Program-made: the position numbers and the translations under genes
Assembly: GCA_040954595.2 (NCBI GenBank)
Contig: CM082598.2
Location: 3,417,154 to 3,481,153 of the forward strand
Length of the DNA stretch: 64,000 nt
Direction of reading: 5' to 3'
Source of the DNA: Balanoglossus misakiensis
Taxonomy: Eukaryota > Animalia > Hemichordata
Notes under the pieces: generated by a model
Database searches by the model: none
Seen by the model: only the letters and a program-made list of their open reading frames with translations
What the model was told of the DNA's origin: nothing
In this document: piece after piece, positions 1 through 12,200 of the stretch
Numbering within the stretch: position 1 is the first letter of the stretch
Layout: each line of letters begins with the position of its first letter

Positions 1-216
1 CTGCTCACGAAGGGGCGATTGTCGCCCCTTGAACTTGTTACAAGGGGCGATTCAAGTGTAAAAGAGGGGGAATCGCGCGTCCTGGAGATCGAGAAAACAC
101 TGCTGGTTGTCGCACGCATGGTAGCCCAATCGGGCTACCACTGGTGTCAAATTGGTAGCCCGATCGCAAACATTGGTAGTCTGTGGACGCGGGGCTACCG
201 CGAATTTCGAGCCCTG
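1..216. mobile_element. End of a GC-rich, hairpin-rich non-autonomous repeat (CAG-terminated on the minus strand, hAT-like MITE?) in a DENND5 intron, truncated by the window edge
   Basis: Short palindromes AAGGGGCGATTGTCGCCCCTT and GGTAGCCCAATCGGGCTACC, reiterated GGTAGCCC/GGGCTACC motifs, terminus ...CGAATTTCGAGCCCTG at 216; related motifs at ~29206-29266. Confidence 0.4.
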
Positions 217-241
217 CCATCTGTTCAACGATTATACTTAC

Positions 242-3200
242 TTATAGGTATGGGCAGCGAGTTCATTTCTGACCAGGACGTAGTCAATCATCCATTTCGG
301 GGACATACCAGAATTATCGTGGCCAATTCGAACTGTACTGAGAACACCAAGGTTACGATGCTGCAACAAAAATGAAAAAGAAAAATTAGCACACATAAGA
401 TAAGTAAACCACACATGCTTCTTCTCATCATCTGATCGCAGGAAAACATATCTCTTATATCAACTCCTGCAAAGGTATAATATCAAAAGATCAACTATAT
501 ATGTTTTTCTTTACTACACTCTATCTGGTATATAACATCTAACCCACCTCAAAGGTAAGTTCCACAGCATTTTTCGGTATCTGAATGACACCTGTGTCGC
601 CCAGTTCACCTGCTATGCTAATCCATGCATTGGCACTGGTTGCTGAGTTGAACTTTCTACTCACAAAGATTAGTACCCTGTATGTTATCGCTGTGAAGAA
701 AAATAAATAAAAATGTTATTGCACACCCAGGGCACTCAATTAACTGACATACAATACACTGTTTACTCAGAAGGATTTTAATACTCTGTAGTGCGATATC
801 ATGGACACCAAATTTCATCAACAGGGATGTGTGTAATAATTTACATCATTACTTACTTGTTGATATGAAAGAGTTTGTAAAGCAGTGATAATCTACAGCG
901 TTGAGAGACAGTAAGTAGTAAAGGAATTGCTCTTTCTCATCATCTGATCGCAGAAAAGCATATCTCTTATATCGACTCCTGCAAAGATATATTATCAAAA
1001 GATCAACAATATACATTATTACATGTATGTGTTGGTTTTGGCCAGCAGGATATGACATGGTGGATTATATCATATAATGTCTCAACTTGCAAGAAATGCC
1101 AGTATATTGGCTACACACCTGCAGAGTTCATAGTCTGTGAGCAACTCTTTCAGATGTTTACACAGCAGTTTCCGTTCCAGTGCCAGTCTGATCCATGCCC
1201 TGGCATAGCCAACATCAGTCTTCACATCTTTCATACTCTGGACTTTCCTAATGCGAGAATAAATGAACATTTGTACAGTTCACGTTGAAGCAATAGAATT
1301 GAGCAGTGTTGATATGCTGAACACTTTCATGATGGTTAAATTAACCCTTTCACCCCCAGTTCCCTCTTTAGAGGTTCATCTTCACCTTAGAAAACAATGA
1401 TTTGGACCAAGCCATGATGGTGAAAGGGTTACAGACTATGTAAAGTTGACAAATTGAACAAAACTACTGAAATATATAGCCAAAGATTCCTTCTAATAGA
1501 CAAGTGATTGTTTCTGTGTACAATACAAGATAATACAATTTAAGCCACTCACTGTATATCATGGACAAGGTCTGTAGGTACAGACGGTAGCACAGGCTCT
1601 GGGAGACCACTACCTCGACGTCTGTGACCACATTGCGGCGAGTCTGGATTCAAATCTAAATCAATTTAGAATATGCAAATTTAGTTTTCAGTAGATGGGA
1701 TTGATAACTAACACAACGATTTTTATGAAAACTTTATCATACTTTGTGCAGAGTTACATATACCAATGACTGTTATTGTCTTGTCCACCACGAGAAATTC
1801 AACTCATTTTTATCATTTTTCACGCTTCAGTTTTCCTTACAAAAGAGCCTGAAAAAGTTCCAAGTTCGGCACAGTTGGTGGACTATACATTTAACAGTAA
1901 AGGAGTGTTTTTTTGTGATGCTGAAAATTAAATTATTATGACTGACAGCAGAAGTGCCAAGTGTTGCTGACAGACTTCTTCAAAATACACAGAACAGCAA
2001 AACAGCTAATGATAGAATGATCTCGCTAATGATCTTGTCCTGGAGGTTGAGATCACTTCCGGGATTGATCTCAAAGTCCAGGACATTCCCGCATTTTACA
2101 GGAGTGCACAAGCTCCATATATGTGATTGGGTTAAAACAGACCAGCTCAATTCGATTTCATTGGCTTTGAAATTATTGCGAGACCACTCTACCACATCAG
2201 GAGTTAACAGGAATGAGAAATACATCTAATAATTATGGTTTACAACATACTACATTGAAGCATATTAGAGAAGTCACAAGCTGCATGCACATTCAAAACA
2301 TAAACCTTCTCCATCCTATCCTCCCTTCGTAGTAAAATAGAATGGTCCTATAGCCTGTAGGCTTAGGCTTGGAACATTCCATTTTCTGAGGAAGACGGGG
2401 ACGAATGGCTGTGAGGGACACATTTAAACCATTAAATCAGAGAGTGTTATTTCACATTTAGTATTGCATTGAGTATTACGAGTATGTGCTTAAAAATGAT
2501 GACTAGCGAGAGTTGACACAGAGAATGAGATGATGCCATACAAAACATGACCCTGTACTGGCAGACATGTACAAAACACAATTTAAGGATTTTACCCTGA
2601 CTCAAGATTAAAAACAAAAGACGACATTCTGTGTTTCTTGTGACCTTACTATGCATTTGTCCCCTCTCTCCTAAACTTCTAACTGTAATACTTTTCAATT
2701 TTTAATACTTTTCAATGAAGCTAGCAGCTCTGCATGTTATTCAACCCTCATGAAACCACCTTTCACCCCAGTTCCCTCCCTATTCAAGTCTGTTGTACTG
2801 TGAGCCAAAAATACAGAGTTTATGCAAGGAGGCATCACAGTTCCCCACAGTGCATTACTGGGTATGGCTATAAAAGGCATAGGCACCCTGATGGCTATAG
2901 GGTCAGTGTTGCATGACACACGGAGCAAGAAACAGACATACATTTATTAGAGGTGGAAGAAGAGAGTGCGTGAATCTGGTGCACATCATCAGAGTCAAAG
3001 TCCATACTCCAGCAACACAGCAAACTGGCTACATCTACATGCTGGTGTAGTGAAGATACGTCACTTTGCTTACACGTACATGACTTCCAGTGCGTTTCAA
3101 CTTTTTTTTCCCCAAGGTCACCAAGAAATAAAGCGATTGTGGGAAGAAGAAATAAACCCAAAAGAAAAATTGTACGATGAAAGAAAGAAAGAGAGAGAGA

Positions 3201-6200
3201 GAGAAAGTTTCCATCAGTTATCTTGTGTATTTTGTAACTTAACTATGGTACTGTGATTCACATGAAGACAGAATTCTCTATCTGTAATGCTGCCCTAATA
3301 TATTTATGTATCAGAAGTATATACATGTACAATACGATAAACCCATCTACATTATGACTAGATGTTGTCCAATCTGATTAAAATTAGCTGTGGAGGTACA
3401 ATGCAGGTAGCATCTTTTACTTTGCTTGGTCTTTGCTGTCAGTATTCTGCTGCTAACATCTGTCTAGCGCAGAACACACATAGTAATTTCAGTAACCCAT
3501 GCCCCACCTGTCAAACACTGATCGGGAAACTCACTGCGTAAAAGAACAGACTCTTGTACATAAACACAAATCAATGCCAATCCTCAAAATAACCCCTACA
3601 CTATTTCATCCTGGTTGAAAAATAGTTTTTATATTAATAATGAAATGTCATGCCATTTAGGGTCAACTTTGTATGACAAATAAATCATCCCTGATCTCGT
3701 CATCACTTGGAATATTACAAAAATTTGAAAAGAAACAGTTCTTATAGATGTTTCTTCATGTTACCATGCCAAGTTTTTTCCCAACTGAGTTATCCAGTAT
3801 GCTCAGTTGAGCCATGGAAATTCACTACTTCAGATAAAGTCCATCACTGCATAGCATTACTTACAGTACTGAAAACTTGACATAGGCATGCTGAGAGGGC
3901 TATAAGCACATCTACAATCTTTACAATTTACAGACTTCAAGATCACAAAGAAGGGTTATATCAAGGGTAACTCAAAGCGAGGCCAACGGGGAAAGTTGAC
4001 CAATCACATCAAGGGGATTACCCAATTGCCCTCGCTTTGAGTTCAAACTCATGATAGCTCCATGAGAGCACTAGACTTATGGTGCATGTATTTTGCAATC
4101 AAAGAGAAAGTCTACAAAGTATACCTTTGACAAAACTGAACAGTTTGAACTTGAAGACACCTCTTAACCAATCCAATGGAATGTTAGTACTGGGTTTTAC
4201 TATTGTTAATGACATGCCATGAAAGAACCAGAAAATACAAGAGAAATTTAATCAGGTTTTAGGACAGACAATAGAATAAAAGACCACATTTACTGTGGTG
4301 TTAATAACCTGGATAGTTTACCATACAATTCTAACTTTTTTTGGTGTTTGAATGATTTATGTTGTAGTATCACTTTCTGAAAGAAGTTGCCAGATAGGGC
4401 ATGAGTTTGCCGTATCTCCATCCTGGGTAACGCAACCCTCAGTTTACCTCAACTCAAAAGGAAGTACGGCCCCCTCCCCCACTTTGTAAGACAGGCCACC
4501 CCCCCTTGTAAAACTTCAGATAGACCCTTGGTAAACACCTACCCAACCCACACTTTGGAATCCAGCGACTACTTAAAAATGAAGAGGGTGACTTGATACA
4601 AATATGTGGTAACGTGTACATGTAACAGTTTTACTTTGTTTAATGTCTACCCTTTTAACACCAGTTTCATGTATATATATGTGTGTGGCCGTTATGTACA
4701 GAAATGATACCATGATGTGACCATACATATAATAATTCAGTAAATTATACAAAAACAAACAATACATTTTAGAATCTAACATCTTTTATGTCTGACAGTC
4801 GCAAACTTCCTACAATGTATGATATCATGAGAAAATTATGAAATCTGAAACACACAACAGTTTTCAGATTTGAATTGAAGTGATTTCAAAACTGGAAGCT
4901 CCAACTTGTCCATAACTACTATAGAGTTCTTCATAGGACTTACTTGGAACCAGGAAATTTGGACTTGAAGTTGAATCCTTCCTGGCTTTCATTTCTTGAT
5001 ATGCCAATAAGTGAGACCAGAATGCTGATTTACCCTGAGAAACAGACAAAGAATCATCAACATTAGAAAACTGAACAAAGGCAGATTTTTAAATGGAAAG
5101 GCACTAAAAATAAATACTTTGTGAAGTGAAAACTGTATAAAAACACAGGCCGTGTGCCTTTAACCTTTTCACCACCATGGTTTGGACAAGTCCATTGATC
5201 TCAATGGCAGTGCTGGACCTCCATACAGGGAAACAGGGGTAGAAGGGTTAATAATGTCAGTAAAATGATTGTCACTGTCTGTACATGTGAAAAGTTTTAA
5301 TTTGTTTTCAGATGGAAACCACCAAAATGTAAAACTAAAATCTCACAATGCTTTTACCTGTTTCATTTGTAATCCATGACTCCAAATACGCTCCAAGAGA
5401 TCACACAGACTAGCTATGAGCGTATTCTCTTCCACACCGGTCAGTTTGACCTCACCGTGACCCAGCTCTACGGCCTCTTGACCCATCTTTTCCACCAACA
5501 TCCTCTTGGTCTGGAAACGAAAATACAATTGTCAGTCCAGATAATCTGAGAAGGGTTTGATCATGATGTGAAGTTGGCCGAGAATTTTTGTTTACTTATT
5601 CTCACCTCTTAGGAGACCCTCCACAGATTCCCAAGTAATTTTTTTTTCACTTACCTTTACCCTACACTCCTTCAGAAGCCCCTCCACAAATTTCCAGTTG
5701 GTCTGCGCCATAACTCCCGGTGACATGTCCAGTAGCTGTGGTGCTCGTATGCTTTTACCCCTGGCTTCTTGGATGTATTTCTGATTGACACAAACATAGT
5801 GAATCGGGCATTAGATACTGTGATCTACTCTGGGAACAGAGTAAAGTCCTGCAGGTCAAGCCAACCATGAGAGAGAAAAAAGAGCAAAGAAATATCACAG
5901 TGTGTATAGTCCATAACTGAGTGTTGTGGCAAGGGGTGAGCATAATCACAACCAACATGACTTGGTTTCTTTCCAGCTATGTTGTCCAACAAACAGCTCA
6001 GTTTTTAAATATCTTTGTGTACTTTTGAACTCAACTACACCCCCGTCAAGGAAACAGGGTTACTAAATTAGCCAATGAGATGGATTCACAGGACAAACAG
6101 ACAATTCAATGGAACTTTACACACACACAGGCAGACACATACACACAGACACGCACACACACACTGAACACTGCACAAATGACAAGAATATAATGTGTAG

Positions 6201-9200
6201 AACTCACAAGCCATTTTTTCATATGCTTATCAGCCAGATACACCTTGCGATGATGACAGTGAGTGGAAAGATGAACCAATGAAGTTAGTGCCATGCACAG
6301 AAAAGTATATTACACTTTACCAGTGTAATATTTGTATCAGATTTGTTTATAAATTGGTGGAATGTATTCTATTCGAGTATTTCACACAAAGTTGCATACA
6401 AACTACTATTAACAATCATTTCATATACATGTATGTGAAACAGATCAATTGCTTCATCACTGTGATAAAAGTCAAATTTGATGGAAACAGCTGATCAAAT
6501 TATCCATCAAATTTATCCCCCACACAGATGCAATGTCTGTTTTTAGCACACACAACGATTAAATACACAACATGCATGACATATATGTACCAGTACTGTG
6601 TCTATCAGATACACTACATTCTAGCTGTTGAACATTCGATGAACTATCTTATACACACATACCACAACAATGGGTGTACAATGTACTTATTACCACAACA
6701 ATCTACTTCAGGGTTCATATTCTACTACAATACTGTCACACACAGCAACTAAGGGTGCAACACGATATTCACACTGCTTTTGAGGTCACCATCATTGCCT
6801 TGAGATGAACTGTACCTTTTTATTACAGGTAATGTTAAACCTCTCACCCAAAGTTCCCACTATTTACACATCTAACTCCTCTATAGTAAATAATGGAATC
6901 GGGCCAAACCATTTGGTGAGGTTAAATATTCCCCAAGTAATTCCAAACCCCATTTTATAACTGTTGCCAGGGGATACCCTTAATATCTGCAGATACTGTT
7001 CATGATCGTTTTCTGTATTCAGAATACATGAATAATGACCTGCTTGTTTTTTCTGACTCTCAAAGCAATGGAACTGGTAACTCCTATCGCAATGTACCAG
7101 CAAGTTGTTGGGTGAAGGGATAAAGACATGGGTATATCTACATTGCTATATTGTAATGTGTGATCATATGCTATTGTAGGGGTCACACGCATGCCCTTTG
7201 CCCTACCTCTCTCTGATCTTGCTTCAACTGTAAATGTTCCGCATGTTGGTGTTGCCTGTCTTTTCTCCTCCACGCGGCTTTGGTCTTAGTTTTGCTTGGA
7301 CTGCGAAGATAACATCCAGACTATCACTACATGTACAAACAATCTGATTAACCCTTTCACCACCATGGTTCAGTCCGAACCCACTGTTTTCTATGGAACG
7401 GTTGAACCTCTATACAGGGAACTGGGGGTGGAAGGGTTACAATCTGCTGTAGAGATTGATTCATTAATTTCACCGTTTTGGGCTGATATTATATATTGGG
7501 AATCATCACAGTCAGCCAGGGACTGTTGTATTATGCACATATGATGTATGCTTAATGGGTATTGAAGTAAACTAATTTTAGCACAGAATGATGAGCATTT
7601 CTCAATTTTTAGAATAAGATCAGAATGTCAAATAAGAGAAAGACAACAATGCAGACTAGTCATGATTATAAACATCTCGTACGGGATCAAAATGTAGCCT
7701 TGTTTTCAACCCACAGAGCAGCCCTGCGACACAAACGATCCACATGGCAACAGTGTAACAAAGTGATCTCACCTTTGGGTTGTGCTGACAGGTTTAGCCA
7801 AAGCTTCTGCATTCAGCTCCGGGAAAAAACCTGGCTCGTGTTTCCTCTTGATGTTCGTGGACAGTAGATGCGGCGATACGGCTATATGGTCGGCTGTAGT
7901 CGCCCTGCGTACGATCAGATGCTCTGGAATAGAAGGACGCAGTCATTGTTATGCTAATCACACTGTTATTATGCTAATTCAGCAACTATTATGCTAATTA
8001 CTCACATACAAAAACGGCTGTCATGTTACTAATATGGATCACTTTGTAACATGTGTTGTGGATGATACAATGCAATAAACTTTACTCATAATTCAATATA
8101 GTATTTTCATTACACCTAACATCTGTATTTTCTCTGACGCATATGTTGTTTTTAGAAAATTCCTGGTCTGACTAATGAGAAACATTATGCTGGTAGGTAA
8201 TTGCATAAAGAATATTTACACATGATTCATTAAAACTCCACCCAATTTTCATGCATGCGGTCATTATTTCATTCGAGCCTTATTTTTTCTTAAACACTAT
8301 CATTATTTCATAAATGCTTTGTAAACTTTGATCTGTCATACTGTAAAACACTTTATTTTCGCGAGTTAAATTTTTCGGGATATCGAGAGAGGCCACTGTT
8401 TCGCAAGTATTAATTTACGCGTTCTCTTATTTCATTCACTGCATCGTTATCTTCAAAAACAATTTATGCGACTTTTTATTTTCACGCTATTTTGGCTCTC
8501 GCGTATTTCGCGAAAATTAATTGCTCGTGAAAATAAAGTGTTTTACAGTATTTAACTCACCATAATCATTGACAGATATTGCATGTTCATAATTGGGAGT
8601 CTTGACACTGCCGGTCGGATCAGTGTTCTTACTCTTGTAGTTGTCTATCCGGGCTTCAAACACTTTGAGGTTGTTGTCCATGTCCTCCCAGTTCCCCATG
8701 ATCTTGGAGTCGATGAAAGTAGCAAACATTTGACTCTCGAGGAAGGGTGACAGGAACGGTATGGCAGCGTCTGGCTGGTCAGAAAGAAAGGCAGCCTGGA
8801 AGAGAGAAAGTTAGAAAACCCCTTTTCATTACTGTGGATTGGTCTGATTCCATAGCGTTCAGTGCTGAAGTTGGACCTATATACTGGCAAATGGGGGTGG
8901 CATGGTCAGGGTAGAGGGACACGGTACTTGTTCTTCATCTTGTTTACAAGGAAATGAATGCACACTAAATGATTCGAAATTCCAGATCTATCAAAGAGTT
9001 TATTTCTTGATGTTTTCAAGAGTCTATCAGAGCAAGCATGTTATTTTTTGAAGCCTGATCACAGTAATTTTGTCACAATTTATTTGATAATCACTGACAT
9101 TTAAAGACAGCATAGGTGACTCAATTAACACCCAGGACTTCCCCGGAAGAAATTCCATTTTTCAGGAACTTTCCGGGAGTGGTTAAAAAATTCCAGGGAT

Positions 9201-12200
9201 ATCCAGGCTTTCCCAGGTATATACACAAACCCTGTCTCACCTTATCGAAATTCTGCATCTGTTCCCTGGCATTGAGCCACGCGTCCATGTCTTGATTCGG
9301 CTGAATCACAAAGGCTTCGTAGTTGCGGAACATCTGAACAAAACGGTAACAGAAAACCTCCCGGACAGCACTGTTGAACGTCAACTCATCAATGTCCTCT
9401 CGGCTCAGCTTACTGTATTTATAGATGCTCTCTTTCTCGCCGTCCGGTTTCTTAGGAATGTCTTCTACGTCGGAGATGCTCTTGATGACGCCCGTGCGCT
9501 TGGCGATGGCCGCCACCTTGGAGACGATCTCGTTGTTCCTCAAGAAATCGCTTTTATTTGGCACGGTGGAAAGCGACCCCTGGGAGCCCCTCCGGCTGGA
9601 CACGGCCGAGCCGGAATTCGGGCTCTCGTTGTCGTAGCTTTCTCCTTTTTGCATAGACGCATTGATCACGTTCAAACTCTCTTGAAGTCCGTACAGGTCA
9701 TAGGACGACCCCTGCCGGGAGTTGGAATTCGAGTCCGGCTCATGGAATCCCAGATCTGTATCACTTTCCGTGGACACTTTGAACCGGTCCAGCACCTGGG
9801 ATATTTCCAGGATGAATTCCGGCTTGTACGGAAACTGCGGCAGCTCTTCAGGCACTTCTACGATGTGCTTATCGATGTCGACAAAACACAGCGATGCCTG
9901 AAACAGATTACAATGTACAGATCAGAACAAAGTTTCCAACTCGGCCAGCCCTGGGCTAACCAAAGATTTGGTAAAACATACCTACTGCTTTGAAGCAACT
10001 GTTTCTATTTTAATAGATTCCTGTGACTGCTTTTGTTCATTTTTTATTTTTCACATTATTAAACATCGAGCGCATACCATGCAATGAAGGATATTATTGA
10101 TACCATAATAGTTAATACAAAATGTAATTGTACTGATTGTACAGCACTCTCTATCTTTCTTAAATGGCCACTAGAGGGTGGTATTGCATCACCGAAATTA
10201 CACAACTGGTCTCTGAGGACAGTATCACATGTTCACAGACACAAATAGGAACAAATGGTAACTTTGACAATGGGTCTAGAGGGCAGTATCACATGCTCAA
10301 GGCACAAATAGGAACAAATGGTAACTGTGACAATGGGTCTAGAGGGCAGTATCACATGCTCAAGGCACAAATAGGAACAAATGGTAACTGTGACAATGGG
10401 TCTAGAGGGCAGTATCACATGCTCAAGGCACAAATAGGAACAAATGGTAACTGTGACAATGGGTCTAGAGGGCAGTATCACATGCTCAAGGCACAAATAG
10501 GAACACATGGTAAACCTTGACAATGGGCTATCTCACCTCATTGGGCAGACTAAGCTGGGATCTATCTTGGCCACCGGAAGAGTGTAACCCCATCACGTAT
10601 GGCACCGGTGCGTCCAGGAAATGCAACATAGACGCAGGCAGGATGGGTACGTACACGTGTTGCCATGTAAATGGGAACAGTAAAGCACTTAGGCACTCGG
10701 CTACTAACATCAATCTTTGGTAATCTGCAATGAATGAAAACACAAAGATTTCATGTCTATCAGTCTTTTCCTCTCATGTATCACGTTGAACCACCCATGT
10801 GCATACATAAGTCTTTGAGTGTTTTGTGTCAGCACAGGCATGTGCCAAAGTAAGCCAGCACAGTGTATAACCTAAGTGTCAGTCTAGTGTTGGTCTACTT
10901 TGAGAGCTGTGGGCACAGGTAAAGTTTATGTTCAGTGCTAGTATAGTGTCTTCTATCTCTTGCCAAGCTGGCAGGGAACTCTTGAAAAGTACCATGCCTG
11001 TGAATGGCAATAGGCCACTCTAATAACCTCTATGTGATGGCTACATAGTGGTATGTTTTAGTATGAGTTTACCATTTTGAGTTTAATCTCTGGAGCAGTC
11101 AACCATATAATGCATGTGTGTACTGTTACTCAACCTCAAGCAAATAATTTGAATTTTGTCTGTTACAAAGGGGTGCATGTTGCATGTATGATACAGCTGT
11201 CATACCCACAAAACTCTGAACGTTAAAGGGACAAAGTCTCTCTCTCGCTGCCCTTTTTTCCATTAATTATGTTTGATACAAGACACTGTTTATGTTAATG
11301 TACATGTGGATATATAGTGAATCAATGATCAACCACACAAAACTTACATCCCACTTGTATGATATGAGAGTAAAAACTCGCCCAAAATGAATAAATGGTA
11401 AAGAACGATTATTCATTTTGGCGAGTTTTTCACTCTCCTGTCTATAAGAGGAATGGAAGTTGTGTGTGGTTGAACGTTCATTAACTATATATCCACATGT
11501 AGAATAACAAACAGTGTCTTGTATCAAATATAATTAATGGAAAAAAGGGCAGCGAGAGAGAGACTTTGTCCCTTTAAAGGTCATGAAAGTGAGCTATTCT
11601 CACGGTGTGATTCCTTACCGGTTGAAAATAGAAGGATCTGGTTCTCTAACAATGCACATGTAAATAATTGCACTAGGTTCTCCACGTCAAGTAGTGTGAA
11701 GAGTTCTCGGAAGGAAAAATCACACAGTGACAGTTCTAAGGTCCCGGGTCTCTGACACAGAATGGGGGATCTCACACCGTTGAACCTCATGCTTCTCCCC
11801 ACTGGGGGCAGCGGCACTTCGTACAGGACGTTGTGGATGTAGCTCTCCAGCGGCAGGGGAGGGTTCTCGTTGGCCGCGACGGCGTCGTGGAGCTGCGCCA
11901 GGAACTTGTGCGAGGCCCGGACGAACGGCAGCTGGGTGATGATGCAGATGCACTTGGACACGTACAGGCAGTCTCTGTTGATGTCGTAGTTGCTGACGGT
12001 GACAGTGTAGTGTGTTCGTTCGCCGGTCGTGTTGCCCAGCTCGGCGTGGTACATGGCTTGCAGCGACTGCATGGCCAGGCAGATTTGCTTGGTGTGGACC
12101 TCTTCGTAGAAAGTGAAGGCCGAGCCGTACGTTCGGGAGCCATCTTCCTTGGTTATGAGAAACGAATGAAACTTGGGTTCTCTGTTGTCTTTTTCCGTGC

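Noticed and set aside
9292-9993. 233-aa plus-strand ORF
   Set aside because: Antisense shadow of the GC-rich DENND5 exon 9241-9897; no recognisable protein features
10164-10523. Repeat-containing ORFs on both strands and a CRISPR-like appearance
   Set aside because: Units are contiguous 63-bp copies with no unique spacers and no cas genes; the ORFs are by-products of an intronic minisatellite
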